32,000 nt of DNA from Nitratidesulfovibrio vulgaris str. Hildenborough (GTDB lineage: Bacteria > Desulfobacterota > Desulfovibrionia > Desulfovibrionales > Desulfovibrionaceae): the NCBI RefSeq assembly GCF_000195755.1, contig NC_002937.3, positions 2,640,001 through 2,672,000 of the forward strand, given 5' to 3'. The notes beneath the pieces are model-generated. The model was given only the letters and a program-made list of their open reading frames with translations, did not search any database and had not been told where the DNA came from. Within the stretch, counting starts at the first letter, position 1. Every line of letters starts with the position of its first letter. Both the position numbers and the translations under genes were made by a program. This document shows, piece after piece, positions 23,659 through 30,827 of this stretch.

Positions 23659-25050
23659 TTAAAGAGCCACGGCCCTGTCGAGACGCGCCAGCACGTCGTC
23701 ACGTCCCAGAAGCGCCATCATGTCCGGCAAACCGGGGCCGCCCATGGCACCGACCACTGCGACACGCACCGCCGGGGCGACCTGCTTGAACTTGAGTCCG
23801 TTGCCCTCCACGTAGTCGTGGATGGCCTTCTCGCACCCCTCGCGGTCGAAGGTGCCAAGGGCGGCCAAAGCCTCGCGCACCCCCGCCACATGGCGTCTGC
23901 CCTCTTCGGTGAGTGCCTTGGCGACAGCGGCGGCATCGTACTCCACCTCGGCGGCGGGGACGAGCATGAAACGCATCACACGGGCCAGTTCGACAAGGTT
24001 GTTCGCCCTCTCGCGGAAGAGAGGCACAAGCTGTGCGAGGCGCGAAGCGTCCACATCGAAGCCTTCGGCAGCCACGAACGGCAACACAAGGCGTGCAAGT
24101 TCTTCGGGAGACGTCTCGCGCAGGTAATGCCCGTTGAGCCACTCCAGCTTGTCGGGGTCGAAACCGGCTGCGGAACTGTTGAGGTTCTCGGTGCCGAACT
24201 TCTCGACCAGTTCCTCGAGGGCGAAAATCTCCTGATCGCCATGCGACCAGCCAAGGCGCACGAGGTAGTTGACCAGTGCCTGCGGCAACAGGCCGTACTG
24301 CTCGTACTCGATGACGGCCTTGGCCCCGTGGCGCTTCGAGAGCTTCTTGCGGTCGGGACCGAGGATCATGGGCACATGCCCGAAGCGCGGCAGGTCGAAG
24401 CCGAGGGCCTGATACAGCAGAATCTGCTTGGGCGTGTTGGAAAGGTGGTCGTCGCCGCGCAGGACATGGGTGACCCCCATGGTGGCGTCGTCCACGACCA
24501 CGGCGAGATTGTAGGTGGGCGCGCCGTCGCTGCGGCGCAACACCATGTCGTCGAGTTCGGCCACGTCGAAAGCCACGGTGCCCTTCACGAGGTCGTCGAA
24601 CACGATGCGGCCTTCGGCCGGGGCCTTAAGGCGCACGACACGCCCGTCGCCGGGGCCGAGGTCGCGGCTGCGGCAGCGGCCGTTGTAGCGCGGCTTGAGT
24701 CCCTTGGCGCGGGCCTCTTCGCGCATCTTCTCCACCTCGTCGGGCGGGCATTCACACCAGTAGGCGTGCCCCGATTCGAGCAGTCTGTCGATGTAGCTGT
24801 TGTAGATGTCGAACCGTTCACTCTGGTAGATGAGGTCGCCGTCCCAGTCGAGGCCAAGCCACTTCATGGAGGCGAGAATGGAGTCGGTGTACTCCTGCTT
24901 CGAGCGTTCGGTGTCGGTATCTTCGATGCGCAGGACGAAACGGCCCCCGAAATGACGGGCCAGCAGCCAGTTGAAGATGGCGGTGCGGGCACCGCCGATG
25001 TGCAGGTGCCCCGTGGGGCTGGGGGCGAAACGCGTCACCACGTTGCTCAT
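23659..25050 (-). CDS. gltX: glutamate--tRNA ligase
   Basis: ORF 23659..25170 trimmed to the ATG at 25050 (MSNVVTRFAPSPTGHLHIGGARTAIFNWLLARHFGGRFVLRIEDTD), with GGGAGAG upstream. It has the class I HIGH-type motif HLHIGG and the KMSKS-type motif KLSKR. Confidence 0.95.
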   Translation of the reverse strand: MSNVVTRFAPSPTGHLHIGGARTAIFNWLLARHFGGRFVLRIEDTDTERSKQEYTDSILASMKWLGLDWDGDLIYQSERFDIYNSYIDRLLESGHAYWCECPPDEVEKMREEARAKGLKPRYNGRCRSRDLGPGDGRVVRLKAPAEGRIVFDDLVKGTVAFDVAELDDMVLRRSDGAPTYNLAVVVDDATMGVTHVLRGDDHLSNTPKQILLYQALGFDLPRFGHVPMILGPDRKKLSKRHGAKAVIEYEQYGLLPQALVNYLVRLGWSHGDQEIFALEELVEKFGTENLNSSAAGFDPDKLEWLNGHYLRETSPEELARLVLPFVAAEGFDVDASRLAQLVPLFRERANNLVELARVMRFMLVPAAEVEYDAAAVAKALTEEGRRHVAGVREALAALGTFDREGCEKAIHDYVEGNGLKFKQVAPAVRVAVVGAMGGPGLPDMMALLGRDDVLARLDRAVAL

Positions 25051-25223
25051 GCTCTCTCCCTGACAGGAACGGCGGGCAAGGCCCGCCGGTATGATATTGT
25101 GGAACCGGCCACGCAGGTGTCGCACTGTGGCGATGCGTCGATACGATGCCGACACGAACCGGGCAGCCACTCCGGCAAGGCGTTCTCCCGCACCACGTGC
25201 AGTTGCGTGGTGCGAATTCTACA

Positions 25224-25451
25224 TCAGGCGTCTACGGCTTCCACACGCTGCACGGCGGGCACGAATTTGAGCACCATCTTCTCGACGCTGTTCTTCAGCG
25301 TCTTCTGCGACATGGGGCACCCCTTGCAACGTCCGGTGAGGCGCACGCGCACCACGCCTTCGGGGGTGATGTCCACCAGTTCGACATCGCCGCCGTCCTG
25401 CTGGAGCAACGGGCGCACTATGGCGAGAGCCTGTTCGACCTTGTCACGCAT
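25224..25451 (-). CDS. NifU C-terminal-domain (Nfu-type) Fe-S cluster assembly/carrier protein
   Basis: ORF 25224..25469 (TTG) trimmed to the ATG at 25451, with GAGG 8 nt upstream. The sequence MRDKVEQALAIVRPLLQQDGGDVELVDITPEGVVRVRLTGRCKGCPMSQKTLKNSVEKMV carries the Nfu CxxC motif. Confidence 0.85.
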   Translation of the reverse strand: MRDKVEQALAIVRPLLQQDGGDVELVDITPEGVVRVRLTGRCKGCPMSQKTLKNSVEKMVLKFVPAVQRVEAVDA

Positions 25452-25496
25452 GGGAATATCCTCGCTCAAGCGAATGTGGCCCCGCAGGGCCGCGCT

Positions 25497-25526
25497 GTTC
25501 TACGTCCTTTGCGCAGGGGGTGTCAA
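25497..25526 (-). promoter_or_regulatory. near-consensus sigma70 promoter for the Nfu-type gene
   Basis: On the minus strand: TTGACA (25521-25526), an 18-nt spacer, then TAGAAC (25497-25502), about 40 nt upstream of the ATG at 25451. Confidence 0.45.
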
Positions 25527-25571
25527 ACGAGGGAGGCTCGCACCGTCCCCTCCGAAGCCCCCCTGACCGTG

Positions 25572-26456
25572 CTACACGGGAGCGATGCGCACCGTGGCCT
25601 TGCGCAGGTAGTCCACAGGGTAGTAGCTCTGCTTGGCCTTGCGCAACCCTTCGTCGTCGAGGTCCTGCTCGCGGTTCACCAGACGGAAGCGGGCCCCCTC
25701 GTACTGCACGAACTGCTGGTTGATGGCCTGATAGACGCCACGGTAGTCGCCACGCCCCTTCTCGAAATGCACAACGAGGGTCTCGTCGTCGAGGGCCTCT
25801 CCCACGGTGTAGGCCACCATGCGCCCCTCGGCATAGAGTGCGCCCCCCACGAGGCCGGGGATGCTGTCCCACTCTTCGAGCACCCGGATGACAGCCTCGT
25901 TCTCGGCCAGCAGCGACTCGGATTCGGCGCACTCGCGCCACTGGCACCATTCCTCCTGCATCTCGATGACGGCCTCGATGCAATCGGGGGTGAGGGGATG
26001 GTAGTCGATGCCATAGGCCTTGGCGTAACCGTTCACATGATTCTTCTTGCGATGGAAGCGGTTACCCTTGAGGTCGGCGAGGTCGGCGGAATCGTAGAGA
26101 TAGTCCCACTGACCGGGCGTCTCCTGCACCGTCACCCTGTCGCCCAGCACCTCGCGCCAGAGGCTTGCCAGTTCTTCCGGTACGCGGATGAACTCCATCC
26201 CCTTGCCGAGACATGTGCAGGATGCCCAGTCGATGTCGCCCCACGGCCCCACGGGGGCCCAGTAGCGCACTTCGGGCAGGGTCTGCCGCAACCAGCACAG
26301 TCCGTGTTCGAACCTCCATTCGAGGCCGTAATGCTCTGCCCATCCCCACAGGTTGGTGAAGCTGTAGTCCGAGGCACGGCGTGGCGTCCGTGCGAAAAGG
26401 GCGAGATAGTCCTGCATCGCATCGAGGGTGACGGGCGAGAAATCAGTCGCGGACAT
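25572..26456 (-). CDS. stand-alone DUF2156 protein (MprF C-terminal aminoacyl-phosphatidylglycerol-synthase-like, GNAT/Fem fold)
   Basis: 294 aa, soluble-looking. These motifs I associate with PF09924: ASDYSFTNLWGW, YDSADLADLKGNRFHRKKNHVNGY, GGALYAEGRMVAYTVGE, FEKGRGDYRGVYQAINQQF, LVNREQDLDDEGLRKAKQSYYPV. The ATG at 26456 has GGGAGG 8 nt upstream. The call is by motif memory and needs HMM confirmation. Confidence 0.78.
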   Translation of the reverse strand: MSATDFSPVTLDAMQDYLALFARTPRRASDYSFTNLWGWAEHYGLEWRFEHGLCWLRQTLPEVRYWAPVGPWGDIDWASCTCLGKGMEFIRVPEELASLWREVLGDRVTVQETPGQWDYLYDSADLADLKGNRFHRKKNHVNGYAKAYGIDYHPLTPDCIEAVIEMQEEWCQWRECAESESLLAENEAVIRVLEEWDSIPGLVGGALYAEGRMVAYTVGEALDDETLVVHFEKGRGDYRGVYQAINQQFVQYEGARFRLVNREQDLDDEGLRKAKQSYYPVDYLRKATVRIAPV

Positions 26457-27912
26457 TGCTATTGCCTCCCTTGTGCGTCGTACCGTTGGCGCGGCGCATC
26501 ATGCTGAACCTGCTCCAGTCCTTGGTCAGGAAAAGCCAGAACATGGTCGAAGACTGAAAGACCTGCGAGACGAGCATGGCGATGAAGACCCCCGCCGCGT
26601 CGCGCCAGACCACATGCCCCATGAACCACGCGCATGGAAGGCGCACGAACCATGTGGCCGAACTGTAGACGATGAAGTTGTAGAACGTGGCCCCCGCCCC
26701 GGTCATGATGCCCCCGAGGGTCATGCTGGCGACGGTGAAGGGAATGGATACGAGGTTGTAGCGCAGATAGCTCACCGTCTGCGCGGCCACGGCCGCATCG
26801 GGAGTGAGGATGGCGGAGAGTTCGGGCACCCACGGCCAGAGCAGGGCCGCCAGCACGGTCATGCTGCCGCACCCTATCACCAGCAGGCGCAACCCGACAC
26901 GGCGCGCGTCATCGCGCAGCCCCGCTCCCAGCAGATGCCCCACGAGAATGGAGGCCGTCATGTTGAAGGCGAAGGCCGGAAGAAAGATCAGCGACTCCAC
27001 GCGCATGCCCGCCGTCAGCCCCGCCAGCGCATTCACGCTGTCCGCCGGGGCGGGCAGCGACCCCGTGATGGCGAAGAGCACCAGATAGCCCATGTGCCAC
27101 AGCACCTGCATGGCAGCTGCGGGTGCCGCCACCTTCACGAGGTAGGGGGCGCCGCACCGTATCCAGCGCCAGGGCGGCATCGAAACACCCTGCACCATGC
27201 CGCCGCGCCGCAGAAGCACCACATTGAGCGCAGCCCCTGCCAGCACCGACCAGAACGTCCCCCACGCGACCCCGGCATAACCGAAGTCCGGCAGCCCCCA
27301 CAGGCCAAGGCCGAAACCGGCACTGGCGACGGCGTTGACGACGCTGACCACGACCATGGTCAGCAACGGGGCGATGACATCCTTGCGCGCCCTGAAGGCG
27401 GCGTTGCTGATGGTGAAAAGATAGTGGGCGGGCAGCGTCAGCAGGTAGACATGCCAGAAATAGGAGGCCACGGGCATTATGCGTTCCGGCACCATGAGCA
27501 CATGCAGCAGCGCGTCGGCAGCCACAAGGCCCGAGGCCGCCACGACGCCGCCGCACAGCGCGCCGCCCCAGAGGATGAGCGAGACGTAACGCCGGGCCCG
27601 GGCCAGCAGGCCCGCGCCAAGGGCCTGCCCCACTGCGGCGACGGCCCCGTTGGAGAGGGCCACCGCCACCACCAGCAGGAAGAACATGCACTGGTTGACG
27701 ATGCCGAGAGAGGCCTGCACATCGGGGTTGATGCGCCCCGCCACCCATACGTCGGTGAAGCCGATGATGAACTGGAAGAGCATCATGAGCATCTGGGGCC
27801 ATGTGAGCCGCCAGATGCCCCTGAAGGAGGCGTCGCCCGCCGCTATGGATGATGTGACCGTCACGCCTGTGCCTTCCGCCGATGGTGCACGACTGTGTCT
27901 TGCAAGCGTCAC
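26443..27912 (-). CDS. MATE-family (MOP superfamily) membrane transporter
   Basis: 489 aa and hydrophobic throughout, with a MATE-like N-terminus (IWRLTWPQMLMMLFQFIIGFTDVWVAGRINPDVQASLGIVNQ) and an internal repeat (LVKVAAPAAAMQVLW...). Its 3' end overlaps the DUF2156 start by 14 nt. The start is uncertain: GTG 27912, or GTG 27864 which has GGAAGG upstream. Confidence 0.85.
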   Translation of the reverse strand: MTLARHSRAPSAEGTGVTVTSSIAAGDASFRGIWRLTWPQMLMMLFQFIIGFTDVWVAGRINPDVQASLGIVNQCMFFLLVVAVALSNGAVAAVGQALGAGLLARARRYVSLILWGGALCGGVVAASGLVAADALLHVLMVPERIMPVASYFWHVYLLTLPAHYLFTISNAAFRARKDVIAPLLTMVVVSVVNAVASAGFGLGLWGLPDFGYAGVAWGTFWSVLAGAALNVVLLRRGGMVQGVSMPPWRWIRCGAPYLVKVAAPAAAMQVLWHMGYLVLFAITGSLPAPADSVNALAGLTAGMRVESLIFLPAFAFNMTASILVGHLLGAGLRDDARRVGLRLLVIGCGSMTVLAALLWPWVPELSAILTPDAAVAAQTVSYLRYNLVSIPFTVASMTLGGIMTGAGATFYNFIVYSSATWFVRLPCAWFMGHVVWRDAAGVFIAMLVSQVFQSSTMFWLFLTKDWSRFSMMRRANGTTHKGGNSNVRD

Positions 27913-28010
27913 ACGGTAGCCGTACCATGACCGTGTCGCTGTCCGCTTCAGGGTCTCTGCTTGAAGCCCCGAAGCGCATCCGCCGTCAACCCCGTCATCA
28001 GGAGGTTGTC

Positions 28011-28379
28011 ATGTCGCACTTCAAAGAAACCCCGCAGACCCCCGCGCTCACTCTCGACATCGGTGCCGCACGCCGCGAACGCCTTGACCGCATCCTTGAC
28101 ACGGCACGCGAACTCGGTCGCCGCGTACAGCCCGAAGAGCACCTGTTGCGTGCGCTCGACGCATGGCTGGACGACACCGGAAAGCAGCTTGAGAGGCTGC
28201 GCCGCGAGCGCGAACGCCTCGCGGCCGCCACCGGAGACCCCATTGTCATGGGCCCCGCGCCTTCTTCTGACGAAGCAGGGCGTCCCCCATGCCAAGCTGC
28301 CCGCGACACGCAGTGCCATCCGGGTGGACAGGGCACCGCCATCGACCTGCGCCCTGACAGATATCCCCGTCCGGCCTGA
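28011..28379 (+). CDS. hypothetical protein (122 aa), no family recognised
   Basis: ORF 27882..28379 trimmed to the ATG at 28011, with a strong AGGAGG 5 nt upstream. The N-terminal two-thirds is helical and charged (RERLDRILDTARELGRR...LERLRRERERLAAA). The C-terminal third is Pro/Gly-rich and less convincing. Confidence 0.5.
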   Translation: MSHFKETPQTPALTLDIGAARRERLDRILDTARELGRRVQPEEHLLRALDAWLDDTGKQLERLRRERERLAAATGDPIVMGPAPSSDEAGRPPCQAARDTQCHPGGQGTAIDLRPDRYPRPA

Positions 28380-28382
28380 AAC

Positions 28383-28403
28383 AGGGGGCTGCAGAAGCCC
28401 CCT
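28383..28403 (+). terminator. hairpin immediately after the hypothetical ORF
   Basis: An 8-bp perfect stem AGGGGGCT (28383-28390) pairs with AGCCCCCT (28396-28403) around a 5-nt loop, starting 4 nt after the TGA. There is no U-tract. Confidence 0.3.
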
Positions 28404-28530
28404 CGGACCCGGTGCCCGTGCGTGCTCGACTCATGAGGCCGAGGATACGTGCATGACGCACATCGTATGGCGCCATGTTCTCCCGCAGCCCTGCGGAACG
28501 CATGGCTGACGCGTACGCCAGCGCCTGTCC

Positions 28531-28569
28531 GGCAGCATACATGGCAGCATACCCGGCAGCACACCCGGC
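28531..28569. repeat. 12-bp tandem repeat, 3.25 copies
   Basis: GGCAGCATACAT (28531-42), GGCAGCATACCC (28543-54), GGCAGCACACCC (28555-66), then GGC. It lies in the convergent spacer between the hypothetical ORF and the birA 3' end. Confidence 0.8.
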
Positions 28570-28666
28570 TACTCGTCCGGTATCATGCGGGGCATCATAA
28601 GGACTCTCACGGGACGCGATGCGCGCAAGGCTTACGGGGCATCACGCGTCGGACAAAGATAGGCCG

Positions 28667-29659
28667 TCAGACCCGGCTGTCAATGACGTCTCCCGCATGC
28701 AGCCTGTGCAGCGTACCGTTTCCGGCCAGAATGCACAGCCAGCCTTCAGGGGTCATGTCCGCCACGCGCCCTTCGACAAGTTCATCGCCGTGGCGCACTC
28801 GCAGATGCCGGCCCACGATATCCGAAAGTTCCTTCCAGCGTGTGATGACGGCCCCGGTGTCTCCCTCGCGCAGTGCACCGTACCAGTGTTCGGCACGTTC
28901 CAGAAAGGCGCGGGCGACATCAGCCCTTGCGACAGGTCGGCCGCACTCCGTCTGCAGCGACGTGGCGGCGACGCCCGCATCGACGAGGGCTTCCGCCGGG
29001 GTACTCACATTCACCCCCACGCCGGTGACGACCCAGTCCACCATGTCGGCGACGAGTCCCACCTCGGTGAGGTTGCCACAGACCTTGAGCCCCGCCATGA
29101 GCAGGTCGTTGGGCCATTTGACCTCCGGCATGAGGCCCGTCACGGCCTCGACAGCCTCTGCGGCGGCGACCGCCGTCATGAGGGTCACCAGCGGGGCCGC
29201 CTGCGGAGAAAGGCGGGGACGCAGCACCAGCGACACATACACGCCACCCTGCGGCGAGACCCATGGTCTGCCCGTACGCCCTCGCCCTGCCAGCTGCTGT
29301 GCGGCCATCACGACAGTGCCTTCGCAGGCACCGCCTACGGCAAGCGCCACGGCATCGCGATTGGTCGAGTCGGTGCTCTCGTGCCAGTGCAGACCGACCT
29401 TGCCGAACACCTCTGTGGCAAGTCCGCGCAGTACCTCTGCCGCCTCGAAGGGGGCTGTGGTCCTGTCCAGCCTGTAGCCGCGCCGCGTCACCGCCTCGAT
29501 GACATAGCCCGCCGCACGCAACGCCCTGACATGCTTGCCCACGGCAGCGCGACTGACCCCGAGTTCCCTTGAAAGCTCCTCGCCGGAGCACCATCCATCG
29601 GCCTCGAACAAGCGTTCGAGTACTCGACGACGGGTCCCGTTTCTGCCCCTGTCGTCCAT
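28667..29659 (-). CDS. birA: bifunctional biotin--[acetyl-CoA-carboxylase] ligase / biotin operon repressor
   Basis: ORF 28667..30097 trimmed to the ATG at 29659 (MDDRGRNGTRRRVLERLFEADGWCSGEELSRELGVSRAAVGKHVRALRAAGYVIEA, an N-terminal wHTH). The catalytic core has the GRGRTGRPW biotin-binding motif and KWPNDLL. Confidence 0.9.
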   Translation of the reverse strand: MDDRGRNGTRRRVLERLFEADGWCSGEELSRELGVSRAAVGKHVRALRAAGYVIEAVTRRGYRLDRTTAPFEAAEVLRGLATEVFGKVGLHWHESTDSTNRDAVALAVGGACEGTVVMAAQQLAGRGRTGRPWVSPQGGVYVSLVLRPRLSPQAAPLVTLMTAVAAAEAVEAVTGLMPEVKWPNDLLMAGLKVCGNLTEVGLVADMVDWVVTGVGVNVSTPAEALVDAGVAATSLQTECGRPVARADVARAFLERAEHWYGALREGDTGAVITRWKELSDIVGRHLRVRHGDELVEGRVADMTPEGWLCILAGNGTLHRLHAGDVIDSRV

Positions 29660-29664
29660 GATAA

Positions 29665-29697
29665 TTGTAAACCCTCTAGAGCGTCTCTCGTTGACAG
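29665..29697. promoter_or_regulatory. BirA operator (bioO-like) in the birA/bioB divergent spacer
   Basis: TTGTAAACC (29665-29673), a 15-nt spacer, then cGTTGACAg (29689-29697). This is an imperfect inverted repeat matching the TGTAAACC-N(14-16)-GGTTTACA type BirA box of E. coli bioO. Its right half contains a TTGACA that could be the bioB -35. Confidence 0.6.
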
Positions 29698-29741
29698 TAA
29701 GAGAAGGCACGGTTAGTCGCTCGCGATACGCGAGGTACACC

Positions 29742-30827
29742 ATGCACAACCTGCTCGAAAACCTGCGCCGCCGCCTTCTGGCGCAGCGCACCCCGGAACC
29801 GCTCCCCCCGACATCGCAGGGTCTTGCACGACCGTCCCATGACGTCGTCCGTGGGCCTTGCGATGCCGACATCCCCCCGGATGCCCGAAACACGATGCCC
29901 GAAGGCATCACCGTCGAAGAAGCGCTTGCCGTGGCAGAACTTCCGCAGAAGCACGCCCTCGACATCCTCGCCACCGCACAGGCGATTCGTTCAGTCCACA
30001 AGGGCGGCCCCGCCGCGCTGTGCGGTATCGTCAACGCCAAGTCGGGCCGCTGCCCGGAAGACTGCGCCTTCTGCGCACAGTCCTCGCACCATGCCACGGG
30101 CAGTCCCGTGCATGCCCTTCTCGACGCGGAGACCCTTCTCCGTCGTGCAGAAGAGCTACGCCAATCCGGAGCCGAGCGCTATGGTATTGTGACGAGCGGC
30201 ACGCGCCTGACCGTCCGTGAACTCGCCACGTTGTGCGAGGCGGCGGTGCGCATCCGACGCGAAACAGGCATCGCCCTGTGCGGTTCTCTGGGGCAGTTGA
30301 CGCCTGACGCGGCCGCCTGCCTGAAAGAGGCGGGTTTTTCCAGCTACCACCATAACCTTGAGACTTCTAGAAGTTTCTTCCCGGCCATCTGTTCCACACA
30401 CGCCTACGACGACGACATCGCCACCGTGCGTGCCGCACGGGCTGCCGGGCTGCGCACATGTAGCGGCGGCATCTTCGGCATGGGCGAGACCGACGCCCAG
30501 CGCATCGAACTCTCGGCCACGTTACGCGAACTCGACGTGGATTCCATCCCCGTCAACCTGCTGTCGCCCATTCCGGGAACCCCGCTGCAACACCGCCCCA
30601 CCATGCCACCCATGCGCGCCCTTGTGAGCATCGCCATCTACAGACTCATGCACCCGGCGCGTGACATCCTCGTGTGCGGCGGCCGCGAGGCGACCCTCGG
30701 CCCGTGGCAGTCGTGGATATTCCTTGCCGGGGCCAACGGCATGATGGTGGGCAACTATCTTACAACCACGGGACGGGATATGGCGGACGACCTTGCCATG
30801 CTCGCCACCCTCGGAGTCCGCGCATGA
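29742..30827 (+). CDS. bioB: biotin synthase (radical SAM)
   Basis: ORF 29535..30827 trimmed to the ATG at 29742, with GAGG 6 nt upstream. The radical-SAM motif CPEDCAFC is present, along with YHHNLETS and GGIFGMGET. The conserved core begins near the second in-frame ATG at 29895, which lacks an SD, so the ~50-aa N-terminal extension is uncertain. Confidence 0.9.
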   Translation: MHNLLENLRRRLLAQRTPEPLPPTSQGLARPSHDVVRGPCDADIPPDARNTMPEGITVEEALAVAELPQKHALDILATAQAIRSVHKGGPAALCGIVNAKSGRCPEDCAFCAQSSHHATGSPVHALLDAETLLRRAEELRQSGAERYGIVTSGTRLTVRELATLCEAAVRIRRETGIALCGSLGQLTPDAAACLKEAGFSSYHHNLETSRSFFPAICSTHAYDDDIATVRAARAAGLRTCSGGIFGMGETDAQRIELSATLRELDVDSIPVNLLSPIPGTPLQHRPTMPPMRALVSIAIYRLMHPARDILVCGGREATLGPWQSWIFLAGANGMMVGNYLTTTGRDMADDLAMLATLGVRA

